This document shows, one piece after another, positions 31,961 through 42,849 of a DNA stretch of 64,000 nucleotides; position 1 is the first letter of the stretch, and every line of letters starts with the position of its first letter. The position numbers and the translations under genes were made by a program. The notes under the pieces are model-generated. The model saw nothing but the letters and a program-made list of their open reading frames with translations. It had not been told where the DNA came from and ran no database searches. The DNA is from an uncultured delta proteobacterium. GTDB taxonomy: Bacteria > Myxococcota > Myxococcia > Myxococcales > Myxococcaceae. The DNA is taken from contig CAVZMH010000022.1 of the NCBI GenBank assembly GCA_963776345.1, forward strand, positions 192,001-256,000, read 5' to 3'.

Positions 31961-32000
31961 GAAAGCGAGAGGCCGGCCCGGGGAGCCCGGAGCCGGCCTC
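31961..32000 (-). terminator. Hairpin terminator of the tonB-exbB-exbD-exbD operon
   Basis: GAGGCCGGC...GCCGGCCTC stem followed on the minus strand by TCGCTTTC. Confidence 0.55.
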
Positions 32001-32027
32001 GTCACCTCGGCGCGTGGGAGGCGTCCG

Positions 32028-32601
32028 CTACGGCGAGCCGCCCGTCGCCGGCGCAGCGGGAGGAGGGTTCCCCGGCTCGGCAGGAGCGGCCCCCGGCGCG
32101 CCAGGGGCGGGCTGGGTGCCCGGCGCGGCCTCGCCACCGGGGAGGATGCCCGCCACCGGCTCGGTCACCACGCCGAGGATGTAGGCCCCGGCGGCGCGCG
32201 ACCAGTCCAGCACCTGGACGACGCGCGGATAGGGCGCCTTGTCGTCCGGGAGGAAGAACACCAGCTTCTCCTCGTACGACTTGGCCGCCAGCGCGCGCTT
32301 GATGCGGGTCTGGTACGCCTCGTCGTCCAGGACCTCCGAGTTCAGCTTGATCTCGCCCGGTGGGGGAGATCGAGACGACGAGCTGATCGCTCAGATCCTC
32401 GGGCTGGACGTCCGTCTCCGTCTCGTCCGGGACGCGGACCATGATGTCCTTCTCCAGCAGCGGCGTCACCACCATGAAGATGATGAGGAGGACGAGCACC
32501 ACGTCCACCAGCGGGGTGACGTTGATGTCCGAGTTCGGTCGCCCCTCGGTGATGGCGTACTTGCGCTTCTTGTGGAGGTGGTACTTCGCCCCGAGGCTCA
32601 T
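32028..32601 (-). CDS. exbD: ExbD/TolR protein with Pro/Ala tail; apparent extra base at ~32356-32358
   Basis: DINVTPLVDVVLVLLIIFMVVTP. After the indel it continues EIKLNSE...VFFLPDDKAPY. Confidence 0.88.
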
Positions 32602-33015
32602 CTACTTCTCCTCCACGCCGAGCTTCACCGACTTGGCCTTGGCGTCCTGGGCGTCCTTGAGCACGCGGCGCACGTCGCCAAAAGTCAGCGACGCATCGCC
32701 CTTGACCAGGATCGGCTTCCAGGGCTCGGCGGCCAGCTTCCCGGCGAGAACCTGCTTCAGCGCGTCGTCGGTCATCGGATCCTTCTCCAGCCAGATCCGC
32801 TTGTCCGCGGTGACCGAGACGATCATCGGGTCGACGTCCTTGGCGTTCTCGTCGTGCTTCTGCTTCGCGGCGACCGGGAGCTTCACGTCCTTGCCGCGCT
32901 GGAGCATGGGCGTCACCACCATGAAGATGATGAGCAGCACCAGCACCACGTCCACCAGGGGCGTGACGTTGATGTCCGACTTGATCCCGCCCCTGCCGCC
33001 TGCCGTCATCGCCAT
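32602..33015 (-). CDS. exbD: ExbD/TolR protein
   Basis: DINVTPLVDVVLVLLIIFMVVTP and ILVKGDASL motifs. Confidence 0.93.
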   Translation of the reverse strand: MAMTAGGRGGIKSDINVTPLVDVVLVLLIIFMVVTPMLQRGKDVKLPVAAKQKHDENAKDVDPMIVSVTADKRIWLEKDPMTDDALKQVLAGKLAAEPWKPILVKGDASLTFGDVRRVLKDAQDAKAKSVKLGVEEK

Positions 33016-33046
33016 GGCGTGACTCTCCTCGACTCAGCCCAGGGGC

Positions 33047-33724
33047 TCAGAGCTCGGGGCCCGCGCCGGCGGCCGATTTGGCGACGAGGTCCAGGAACTC
33101 GTTGGACGACTCGCTGATGTCCACCGCGCGCGCGTCCACCCAGCCCTGCAGGTAGTTGTAGGCCATCACCGCGGGGATCGCGACGAGGAGACCGAAGGCG
33201 GTGGTGATGAGCGCCTCGGCGATACCGGCGGACACCGTGCCGAGACCGCCCGAGCCGGTGAGCGCCATCGACTGGAAGGCGTTCACGATGCCCATCACCG
33301 TTCCGAGGAGACCGACGAACGGGGCGGTTGAGCCCACGGTGGCCAGCAGCCCCAGGCCGCGCTTCAGGCTCTGGACCTCGCGCTGGGCCTGCCGCTCGAG
33401 CGCGCGGGCCACGGACTCGACCTGGAGGTCCTTGTCCTTGGAGGTGCTGAGGCGGAGGGCGTTGAGGCCCGCGCCGATCACCCGGCCCAGGTGGCCGACC
33501 TTTTCGCCGACCTTCGTCCCGGCGACGGTCATGAGATCATTCTTCGAGAGAGTGTTGGCCATCTTCTCGGCGAAGTTGCGCGACTCGCTGCGCGACTTGT
33601 TGAAGACGATGAGCCGCTCGGCCATCACCACGAGCGACGCGACGGACATGACGCCCAGCACGGCGACGATGAGTCGCGCGAACAGGCCCATGTGGTGCCA
33701 AAGGTCAGTGAGAGTGAATTGCAT
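33047..33724 (-). CDS. exbB: ExbB/TolQ/MotA proton channel protein
   Basis: LATVGSTAPFVGLLGTVMGI and GIAEALITTAFGL motifs. Confidence 0.93.
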   Translation of the reverse strand: MQFTLTDLWHHMGLFARLIVAVLGVMSVASLVVMAERLIVFNKSRSESRNFAEKMANTLSKNDLMTVAGTKVGEKVGHLGRVIGAGLNALRLSTSKDKDLQVESVARALERQAQREVQSLKRGLGLLATVGSTAPFVGLLGTVMGIVNAFQSMALTGSGGLGTVSAGIAEALITTAFGLLVAIPAVMAYNYLQGWVDARAVDISESSNEFLDLVAKSAAGAGPEL

Positions 33725-33783
33725 GGTTGTGGGGAGCGCCTCCGTGATGCGCCGGTGAAAGAGTTTGCCGATCGGCCGAATCG

Positions 33784-34488
33784 CTACTCGGCCATGCTGA
33801 GCTTGAAGTTGAAGACGTAGCTGACCTGCTGCGGCTTCCCCTGGAAGGTGACTGGCGTGTAGCGCGACGACTGCAGCCAGGAAAGCACCGCCTGCTCCAT
33901 GTGAGGGATGGGCTTGATGATCTGGCAGTTCTGGATCCGGCCCTCGGTGGTGATCACGCACTTCACGATCATCAGGCCGCTCACCCGCGCCTCGCGCGCC
34001 TCGCGGGTGTAGTCCGGGGCCTTTTTGCCGTTGGGGCTCGACTGGAGCTCCGGACGGGTCATGCCCTCGCCGAAGGACAGGGTGGTGCTCCCGAGCTGGC
34101 CGCCGACGACACCGCCAACCACGCCGCCGACGACACCGCCGACCACGCCGCCGGCGACGCCGCCCTCGACGCCCTCGGGCTCGTCGTTGGGGTCAGCCTC
34201 CTTGGGCTTGTCCTGGGGCACTTCCTTCGGCTGGATGAGCTTGTCCTTGGGCCTCTTCTTGACCTCGGTGTGTTTCTTGGTGGTCGAGGCCGGTGGGGGC
34301 GGAGGGGGAGGCGGGGGCGGCGCGACCTTCAGCACCACCGTGACGTCCTTGTCCTCCTTGGGGGGAGGCCGGGTCGAGAACCACAGGGCGAAGCCCAGGA
34401 GCCCCACGTGGAGCAGGATCGAAACGACCGCACCTGATCCGAAGCGGGACTTGGGCGTGACGCCGCGGCCCAGCACTGAATCGAACAT
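33784..34488 (-). CDS. tonB: Energy transducer TonB
   Basis: TM with SxxxH, a poly-Pro linker, GGVVGG repeats and a C-terminal PDYTREAREARVSG domain. Confidence 0.92.
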   Translation of the reverse strand: MFDSVLGRGVTPKSRFGSGAVVSILLHVGLLGFALWFSTRPPPKEDKDVTVVLKVAPPPPPPPPPPASTTKKHTEVKKRPKDKLIQPKEVPQDKPKEADPNDEPEGVEGGVAGGVVGGVVGGVVGGVVGGQLGSTTLSFGEGMTRPELQSSPNGKKAPDYTREAREARVSGLMIVKCVITTEGRIQNCQIIKPIPHMEQAVLSWLQSSRYTPVTFQGKPQQVSYVFNFKLSMAE

Positions 34489-34698
34489 ACGTGACTCGTC
34501 TCCTGTAGCCGCTTGGCCCCCGTCGGGTGCGGCTCGGACCTGTGGTCTCCCCAGAAACCGGAATGGGCGCGCCTACATCAAAACGGGGGAGTTGTACAAG
34601 CCGTTCGCCGGGGGAATACCCACGACTGGGCAGACCGTGAGGGGCAATGGCCCGTCTGCACCTGCCCGTCATGTCTACCGAGATGATGCAAACTTCTA

Positions 34699-34728
34699 TT
34701 GACAGGTCGGAGTAGGCCCGAGGAGCAT
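34699..34728 (+). promoter_or_regulatory. Possible sigma70 promoter for the oar-like gene
   Basis: Perfect TTGACA, an 18-nt spacer and a weak -10 (GAGCAT) in the divergent intergenic region. Confidence 0.3.
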
Positions 34729-34772
34729 GCGCGACTGCTTTCCCGCTTTCCGGCCACATTGGAGGGGTCTCG

Positions 34773-37700
34773 GTGAGTCAAAGACAGAATGACATCTGGA
34801 GGAATGCCCGCGCGGCACTGTTCGGCCTCGCCCTGCTCGCAGGATCAGGAGCATGGGCCCAGACCGGCGCTTCGGTGCTGACGGGTAACGTCGTCGACGC
34901 AGCCACGAAGGCACCCGTCACCGACGTGGTCGTCACGGCAACGTCTCCCAACCTGCAGGGCGAGCAGGTCGTCGTCACCGACACGACCGGCCTCTACCGC
35001 ATCCCGCAGCTGCCGCCGGGAACTTACACCCTGCGGTTCGAGAAGGAGAGCTATCGACCGTTCAGCCGGACGGGCATCGACGTGGTCTCCGACCGCACCC
35101 TCCGTCTGAACGTGGAACTGCTCCCCGAGACTGCCGGTGCGACCGAGATCTCGGTCGTCGGCTCGCCCCCCGTGGTCGACGTCGGTTCGTCCACCACCGG
35201 CGCCACCATCAACCAGGACTTCATCCGGAACCTCGCCATCGCGCGGCCGGGTGGCCTCGCCGGAGCGAACCGGTCCTTCGACTCGCTGGCGCTCGCCGCA
35301 CCCCAGGCGCAGGGCGACGTCTACGGCGTCGCGATCAACGGCGCCCAGTCCCCCGAGCAGCTGTACCTGATCGACGGTCTGTCGGTGAACAACCCGGCCT
35401 ACGGCGTGAACGGCACCCCGCTGACCTCCGAGTTCATCGACGAGGTCAACGTCGTCACCGGCGGCTACATGCCCGAGTACGGCCGCTCCACCGGTGGCGC
35501 GATCAGCGCGGTCACCAAGTCCGGCGGTAACGAGTTCCACGGATCGGTGTTCGGCACCTGGACCCCGGGTGGGCTCACCGGCACTCCCGCGCAGGTCGCC
35601 ACCATCCAGGCGGTGATCAACTCCAACGTCGCGCTGTCCAACATCGGCGACATCGGAGCGACCCTCGGTGGCTACATCATCAAGGACAAGCTCTGGTTCT
35701 TCGCCGGAATCCAGTACTCGGCCACCCGGTACTCGTACACCCGGACCTTCAGCACCCTCGAACGGGCGTGCTCACTGCCATCCCCAACTCCGAGCAGCGC
35801 CGGTTCGGTGACGAGCACGCCTGGAACTACATCGGGAAGCTCACCTACCAGATCACCCAGGACCATCGCGTGAGCGTGTCCGTCACCGGTACCCCCACCG
35901 CGGCGGCGGCGGTTCGAGCTTCCCGCTCCGTCCCCAGAACGAGTCCCGCGGCATCGTGACCGCCTCGGGCTACGCCAACGGAACGTTCAACGCCTTCGCG
36001 GCATCCAGAACACCAACTCCATGGACGTGACCGGCAAGTACAACGGCTCCTTCCTGGACAAGAAGCTGCTCCTCGACATCCGGGCGGCTGGCACAACCAG
36101 ACCAACGACAACCTGCCGGCCGATGGCTCCGGCTTCGACGTGACGAACCAGTCGACGCTCGCAGGAACTCCGGGCGTCCGCAGCCCGGGCGCGAACCGGA
36201 CCTCACCAGCCTCGATCAGTCGCTGCCCTCGAGCGTTGTTCAGGCCTGCGCCACGCCCGGCGCGTGCCCGGTGTCGAACTACTTCTACGGCGGCCCCGGC
36301 TTCCTCAGCCAGATCAAGCTGAACAGCTACCAGGGCCGCGGGGTGCTGACCTACCTGATCAGCGCGCTCGGCCACCACGTGCTGAAGGCCGGCTTCGACT
36401 ACCAGGCCGCGACTACGACATCACCCAGGCCTACTCCGGCGGCGCTCGCCGTCATTTCGGAACGGCGGCCGGCACCTACGTGTACGACTACCGCCGGTAC
36501 GGCCGATCACCGACGTCGACACCATCATCAACGACTTCGTGGTGAACCGGAAGGTGAAGTCCCAGATCGCCGGCGGCTTCGTCCAGGACAGCTGGAGCAT
36601 CATGGACAAGGTCACGCTGAACCTCGGTCTCCGCTACGACTCGCTGGCCATGCAGGGGACCGACGGGCTGAACCGGCTGGTCCTCAACGACCAGTGGAGC
36701 CCGCGCATCGGCGTGGTGTGGGATCCCACGCAGCAGGGCCGCGCGAAGATCTTCGCCAACTACGGCATCTACTACGAGAACATCCCGCTCGACATGGCCA
36801 ACCGCTCGCTGAGCGCGGAGGTCCAGCCGCGAGCCGCGCACCTGTGTGATCCCATCCAGGGATACAGGGTGTGTGATGCCAACACGGTTCGCCGCGCAGT
36901 GGGCGCGGGCGTGTCACCGGCCGGTCCGAGCCAGCTCTGGAACGTGACCGGCGCTCCCTACCCGAGCGCGATCGACCCGAACGTCAAGTCGCCGTCGAAC
37001 GAGGAGATCGTCGCGGGCGCCGAGTACGAGCTCATCCCCAACGCCCGGCTCTCCGCGAGCTACACCCACCGGAATCTACCGAGGGCGCTGGAGGACATGT
37101 CCAACACCGACGGCCAGACCTACTTCATCGGCAACCCCGGTGAGGGCATCGCCGACTCGTTCCCGAAGGCCAAGCGCGTCTACGATGCGGTGACGGTCTC
37201 CTTCAACAAGACCTTCTCCGACCTCTGGCTCGCGCAGGTCAGCTACACCTGGTCGCGCCTGACCGGTAACTACGACGGCCTCTGGTCCCCGAACTACCAG
37301 CAGCAGCTGGACCCGAACATCACGGCCAACTTCGACCTCAAGACCCTGCTCCTGAACGGTGACGGCGTCCTCAGCGCCGACATCACCCACTTCATCAAGG
37401 TCTACCTGGCGAAGGAGTTCGTGGTCAGCCCGGTGTTCAGCATCAGCCTCGGTGGCTCGTTCAACGCCAACTCCGGCACCCCGGTCGATGCGCTCGGCGC
37501 GCACCCGATCTACGGCGACGGTCTGGCCTACATCCTCAGCCGCGGCAGCGCCGGCCGGCTGCCCTGGGTGACCAGCCTCGACGGCAAGGTGAACTTCAAC
37601 TACCGGTTCACCAAGGACCTGGTGCTGACCGCCTCGGTGGAAGCCTTCAACATCTTCAACTCGCAGCGGCCCACCCAGATCGACCAGCGGTACACGCAGG

Positions 37701-38008
37701 ACTCGGTCGGCCCGATCATCGGGGCCGCTCCGGGGACAGTCACCACGGCTGGTAACCCTCCGAACACCCAGTACGGCGGCCTCTGCCCACAGACGGCAGT
37801 GAACGGCTCGAACGACGTCTCGAGCTGCGGGCAGGGCAACGGCAACCTGCCGAAGCCGTACCGCTATGCCGACGGTACCCGCGGCCAGGTGGTCCTCCCT
37901 GACGCATTCCAGACACCTGTGGTGGCGGCGACCAACCCTGCCTGGGGTCAAGCCAACGCCTACCAGCCGGTTCGCCAGTTCCGGTTCAGCCTGCGGGTGA
38001 CCTTCTAA
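34773..38008 (+). CDS. oar: Oar-like TonB-dependent outer-membrane transporter; at least 7 apparent frameshifts at 35760-36510
   Basis: Signal peptide, carboxypeptidase-regulatory-like N-domain, plug (YLIDG, TGGYMPEYGRSTGG, TKSGGNEFHGS), FVQDSWS and terminal RFSLRVTF. It is divergent from the ton operon. Confidence 0.85.
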
Positions 38009-38037
38009 TGAACGCCCTCTCCAGGAATCCAAGGACC

Positions 38038-38757
38038 ATGAAGCGCACCATTCTCACCACCCTCGTCGGCGCCGCAGTGCTCGGCCTGACGGGCTGCGGC
38101 TCCATGACCGCGGCGGACTGCCAGCTCCAGAGCTCCGCCAACGGCCCCTACGTGGTCAAGTTCACCCAGGCCGGCGCAGGCACGGGGTGCACGCCGACCA
38201 CGGGCCCGGACGTGTTCGCCGACCTCTGGCAGTTCGACCCGTTCGAGAACCGGTTGATCGTGGCCTTCTCCAGGCAGTCCACGCTGCCAATCCCGCCGAA
38301 CAATGCAACCCCCCTGCCTCCCGACCCGAACTTGCCCATCTACGGGAAGGGCACGTTCGACGCGCAGTTCCCGGATGCGAACGACCTCTGCACCGTCCCG
38401 ACCCTCAGCACGATGCAGGTGACCGCCACCAGGAGCTTCGCGGTGACGAATCTCCAGTTCCTGAACACCGCGATCTACCTGGGCACCGAGTTCAAGGGCG
38501 ACGTCACCTACACCAACGGGGCCTGCATCCGTCCGTACACGATGCAGGCCCTCAACCCGGCGGTCACCTGCGGGACCAAGGAGGATTGCGACCCCTTCTC
38601 GCAGCCGTTCGCCTCGGGCATCAACTCCAAGTACAACACCGACTGCATCAAGGACGCCTGGGCGACGGACTACACGGGCGATCCCGACACGGGATTCTGC
38701 TTCTTCGTCGGGGAGTTCCCGAGCAACGACGGCTGGAAGCCGGTCACGACCCCGTGA
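38038..38757 (+). CDS. mlpA: Cys-rich lipoprotein in the mlpA position downstream of oar
   Basis: Lipobox GLTGC and multiple Cys. The symbol rests mainly on synteny. Confidence 0.65.
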   Translation: MKRTILTTLVGAAVLGLTGCGSMTAADCQLQSSANGPYVVKFTQAGAGTGCTPTTGPDVFADLWQFDPFENRLIVAFSRQSTLPIPPNNATPLPPDPNLPIYGKGTFDAQFPDANDLCTVPTLSTMQVTATRSFAVTNLQFLNTAIYLGTEFKGDVTYTNGACIRPYTMQALNPAVTCGTKEDCDPFSQPFASGINSKYNTDCIKDAWATDYTGDPDTGFCFFVGEFPSNDGWKPVTTP

Positions 38758-38791
38758 CCTGAGACGGACCGTCGACCGACGGATCCCACGG

Positions 38792-38830
38792 CCCCGGTGA
38801 CCCCCTCGCGGGTCGCCGGGGTTCGTCTTT
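38792..38830 (+). terminator. Intrinsic terminator after oar-mlpA
   Basis: CCCCGGTGACCC/GGGTCGCCGGGG stem followed by TTCGTCTTT. Confidence 0.7.
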
Positions 38831-38880
38831 GCGGGCCCGGCTGGACGCACTGGCCCCGGGCGCGTTAGCCCTGGAGCGCC

Positions 38881-40425
38881 GTGACCTCCTCCCGGGACCT
38901 CCTCGCGCACCGCCAGGCCCTGCTCGCCGACGAGCAGGGCACGCTGCACAAGGTGGCGCCCCTGCGCGTGGCCCTCTGCTACCCGAGCCCGTACCACGTC
39001 GGGATGAGCTCGCTCGGGTTCCAGACCATCTACCGGGAGATCCACGCCCATCCCGGGGCCACCGCCGAGCGGGCCTTCCTCCCCGACGACGTCGAGGCCT
39101 TCCGGGAGAGCCGGACGCCCCTCTTCACGCTCGAGTCGGCCACCCCGGTGGGCGAGCTCCCGGTCCTGGCCTTCTCCGTCGCCTACGAGCTCGAGCTGCC
39201 GGGGCTGCTGGACGTGCTGACCCTCTCGGGCCTCCCGGTGCTGGCCTCGGAGCGCGGGACCGACTGGCCTCTGGTCGTCGCCGGCGGGCCGCTCACCTTC
39301 TCCAACCCCGAGCCGCTGGAGCCGTTCGTGGACGTCCTGGTCCAGGGCGAGGCGGACGGGCTCATCCACCAGCTCCTGGACGCCCTGGCCGAGGAGACGG
39401 ACCGGGACGCCCTCCTCGACCGCCTGGCCCGGACCCCGGGATTCCGGGTCCCGGGCCGCGGCGGCGTGTCCCTGCACGTCACCCGCGCCGACGACAGCCG
39501 GCTCCCCGCCCGCTCCCAGGTCCTGACCCCCCACACCGAGCTCTCGTCGATGTTCCTCGTGGAGCCGGAGCGGGGCTGCAGCCGGGGCTGCCACTACTGC
39601 GTCATGCGCCGGACGACGAACGGGGGGATGCGCACCGTCCCGCCCGAGCGGGTGCTGGAGCTCGTCCCGGCGGCCGCCCGCCGGGTGGGCCTGGTCGGGG
39701 CTGCCGTCACCGACCACCCGCGCATCGTCGAGCTGCTCCGGGCCCTGGTCGACTCGGGCCGCGAGGTGGGCGTCTCCTCGCTGCGGGCGGACCGGCTCAC
39801 CCAGGAGCTGGTGGACACGCTGCGCCGCGGCGGGGCCCGGGTGCTCACCGTGGCCTCGGACGGGGCGAGCCAGCGGATGCGGGACCTGGTGGACCGCAAG
39901 CACTCCGAGGAGCAGCTGGTGCGCGCGGCCCGGTTCGCCGCCGCCGCCGGGATGGAGCGGCTCAAGGTCTACTCGATGGTGGGGCTCCCCCTGGAGACGG
40001 ACGCCGACGTGGACGAGCTGGTCCGCTTCACCCGGGAGCTGGCCGGGCACCTGCCGGTGGCGCTCGGCGTCTCCCCCTTCGTCGCCAAGCGGCACACCCC
40101 GCTGGACGGCGCGCCGTTCGCGGGCATCCGGGAGATCGACGAGCGGCTGGACCGCCTCCGCCGGGGGCTGAAGGGAAAGGCCGAGGTGCGGCCCACCTCC
40201 GCCCGCTGGGCCTGGGTGGAGTACATGCTGGCCCAGTGCGGCCCGGAGGCAGGGCTCGCGGCGATGGACGCCTGGCGCGACGGCGGCAGCTTCGCGGCCT
40301 GGAAGCGGGCGTTCGCCGCCCGGGGCTGCACCCCCTCGCTCCGGGCCCGGGTGGCGGACGGGCGGAGGATGCCCACCGACTGGCCGCGGGTCGACGGGCA
40401 GTCCGCCCCGCGTCCCGCCGCCTGA
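38881..40425 (+). CDS. Radical SAM protein with B12-binding-like N-domain
   Basis: YPSPYHVGMSSLG, VAGGP and ERGCSRGCHYC (CxxxCxxC) motifs. Confidence 0.9.
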   Translation: MTSSRDLLAHRQALLADEQGTLHKVAPLRVALCYPSPYHVGMSSLGFQTIYREIHAHPGATAERAFLPDDVEAFRESRTPLFTLESATPVGELPVLAFSVAYELELPGLLDVLTLSGLPVLASERGTDWPLVVAGGPLTFSNPEPLEPFVDVLVQGEADGLIHQLLDALAEETDRDALLDRLARTPGFRVPGRGGVSLHVTRADDSRLPARSQVLTPHTELSSMFLVEPERGCSRGCHYCVMRRTTNGGMRTVPPERVLELVPAAARRVGLVGAAVTDHPRIVELLRALVDSGREVGVSSLRADRLTQELVDTLRRGGARVLTVASDGASQRMRDLVDRKHSEEQLVRAARFAAAAGMERLKVYSMVGLPLETDADVDELVRFTRELAGHLPVALGVSPFVAKRHTPLDGAPFAGIREIDERLDRLRRGLKGKAEVRPTSARWAWVEYMLAQCGPEAGLAAMDAWRDGGSFAAWKRAFAARGCTPSLRARVADGRRMPTDWPRVDGQSAPRPAA

Positions 40426-40431
40426 GGGAGC

Positions 40432-41293
40432 TCAGGGCAGGAGCGAGAAGAACCGGGCGATCTCCGCACCGGCCCAGTCGGGCACGTCGTGGTCGCCGCC
40501 CCACTCGCAGTAGTCCACCGCGTAGGGGGCCGGACAGGCGTAGCCCACGCAGCGCGGGCCGTCCGGCGCGGGGCTCGAGCTGCACCCGTCGCGGTGCAGG
40601 GTGTTGCTGCGCGCGGCCTGCCCCTCCAGGAGCGGAATGGCCTCGTCCTGGGTGCCGTGGATGAAGAGTCCCGAGATGGGCGCCGTGCAGCAGCTGGTGT
40701 CGAATCGCCGATCGCTGCCCGCGACGGCGGCCATCGCGCGGAACGCGCCCGGCACGTTGCACCCCAGGTAGAGGGTGAAGACCGCGCCCGCGCTGAAGCC
40801 GGCGATGTAGATCCGCTCCGGGTCGATGCAGTAGCTCCCGGGAGAGCAGGCGGAGGAGGCTGTCCACCCGACGCCCGTCGCGGGAGCCGGGCGTGATGTC
40901 CCAGGTTCCCTGAATGGCGTTGGGGTAGACGAGGATGGCCCCTCCATCCACCGGTCCCTCGAGCGCGAACCGCGTGCGCGCCTCGTCACCGCTCCCGCCG
41001 GCGCCGTGGAAGGCGAACACCACCGGAAGCGCCGTCCCGGGCGCCGAGGGCGGCACCACCAGGAGGCCACCCTCCTTGGCCCACCCGAGCGTGGCGAGGT
41101 CCAGCACGCCGGTCGCGCCGGGCGAGGCCGCGCACCCGGGGACCGGCGCCGGCAGGCCGGTGAGGAACACGCCGCCGTCGCCGGGGACGAAGCAGGCCGC
41201 GGGGAAGAGTCCCCCGTCCGGCAGCGCGGTCGTCTCGGAGGAGCAGGCCGTGAGCAGCAGCAAGGCGAGCAGCGCGTGGCGCAACGAGGACAC
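40432..41293 (-). CDS. Esterase/PHB-depolymerase-like alpha/beta hydrolase lipoprotein; apparent frameshift at ~40840
   Basis: Lipobox LLTAC and VVFAFHGAG, then YCIDPERIYIAGFSAGA, HGTQD and GGDH in the next frame. Confidence 0.8.
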
Positions 41294-41350
41294 TCCCGGG
41301 CCGTCTCCCCCTGGCCCGCAGGTTAGCACGCACCGGGCGTCCAGGGGGCG

Positions 41351-41890
41351 TCAGCGGGCGGTGCGGACGCCGCTCGAGGTCCCGGGGACGAGCTCCACCC
41401 GGCGGACGCCGGGCAGCTCCGCCAGCACCCTCCGCGCCGGCACGGTGGCGCCCACCGTCGTGTACTGCGCCCGGCCGATGCGGGTGTGGGCGTGCCGGAG
41501 CGGGAACTCGGACGACCGGGCGAGGAACCACTCTCGCGCCGCGGGCAGGGGTAAGAGATGTAGCTCCCGCCGGTCGAGGAAGACGTAGGCCAGGAGGTCC
41601 GCGCGGCTGTAGAGGAAGCAGCCCGGGGTGTCCTTCTCGGCGTTGGAGACCAGCTCGAGGAAGTACGTGCCCCGCCGCCCACCCTGCCGGTCGCCCTTCA
41701 CCTCGACCCCGAGCACCTCCGAGCCGGGCCGCTCCCAGAGGAGATCCACGCCCCGGTGCTGGAAGCGCGGATCCTCCTGGACGTCGTGGACCTGGGACCC
41801 GGCCGCCTCGGCGAGGAGGAAGTCCCGGACCAGCGCCACCGCCCGGGAGGCCGCGTGCTGCACCGCCTGCATGCTGTACGCGCGCGGCAC
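41351..41890 (-). CDS. Putative PD-(D/E)XK nuclease-fold protein
   Basis: Helix followed by GVDLL...GVEVKGD...FLELVSN...ADLLAYVF. Confidence 0.6.
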   Translation of the reverse strand: MPRAYSMQAVQHAASRAVALVRDFLLAEAAGSQVHDVQEDPRFQHRGVDLLWERPGSEVLGVEVKGDRQGGRRGTYFLELVSNAEKDTPGCFLYSRADLLAYVFLDRRELHLLPLPAAREWFLARSSEFPLRHAHTRIGRAQYTTVGATVPARRVLAELPGVRRVELVPGTSSGVRTAR

Positions 41891-41953
41891 GGTTTCACCT
41901 TCCAACGGGGAAGGGCGGCTGTCTAGGCTCGCCGCAGCCCTCGGAGGCCTGCG

Positions 41954-42842
41954 ATGGAAGCCCGCTGCCCGCGCTGCTCCACCGTCTTCGGCACGGACCG
42001 GAGCGGCATTCAGTTCTGCCCCAACTGCGGGCAGCAGGTGGACGTGCCTGAGCCGCGGCCGGCGACCCCGCCGCGCTGGGACCAGCCTGTCGCCGGGGCC
42101 GGCGGCGCGGGAGGAGGCGTCGGCTCGGGGGGCTTCACCGGGGAGCCGCCGCCCGGAGGGGGGGCCATCCCGGGGCACCGCGAGCTCACGCCGTGGGAGC
42201 GGCGCAAGGAGATCGGCGTCGTCAAGGGCCTGATCGAGACCTGGAAGCGGAGCGTCCTCTCCCCCCAGACCTTCTTTCCCACCGTTCGCCCCGACGTGCC
42301 CGTGGAGCGAGGCGCTCTACTACGCGTGGATCCTCCACGCGATCACCGTCGCGGTGGGCCTGCCGTTCGTGGGCCTGGGGATGTTCCGCCCCACCTTCCC
42401 AGCGAACTTCGGGGCGGATCCGCAGGTGGAGAACGCCATGCGCGCGTTCTCCGGCGGGCTGGGCGTTGGCTCGCTGCTGGCGTCCCTGATCATCTACCCG
42501 CTGATGCTGCTCGCGGGCGCGGGAATCATCCATCTGGTGGCGATGCTCTTCGGCTCCGCGCGGAACGGGTACGGCGCCACGGTCCGGGCGCTCTGCTACG
42601 CCGCGGGCCCCAACCTCCTCGGCATCATCCCCTGCTTCGGGATCCTGGCCGGGATCTACGGGCTGGTCCTCGCCATCTTCGGCATCTCCAGCCTCCAGGA
42701 GACGACCATGGGCAAGGCGGCGGGGATCGTGCTCTTGCCGCTGGTCGTCCTGGGCTGCTGCTGCGGACTTCTGCTCTCCGCCTTCTTTGCCGCCATCGCC
42801 GGTCTGGTCAGCGGGATGGCCGAGGGGTCGCACTCGCTGTGA
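41954..42842 (+). CDS. Double zinc-ribbon + Yip1-domain membrane protein; apparent extra C at ~42299-42301
   Basis: CPRC...CPNCG, Gly/Pro linker, PWERR...PQTFF, then 5 TM helices in the next frame. Confidence 0.8.
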
Positions 42843-42849
42843 GCCGGCC

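Noticed and set aside
34080..34330. GGVVGG and poly-Pro repeats as a separate element
   Set aside because: These are the ordinary TonB linker.
33000..38760. Horizontally acquired island (lower GC)
   Set aside because: The lower GC reflects Asn/Thr/Tyr/Lys-rich proteins with GC-ending codons retained. No mobility genes or att sites are present.
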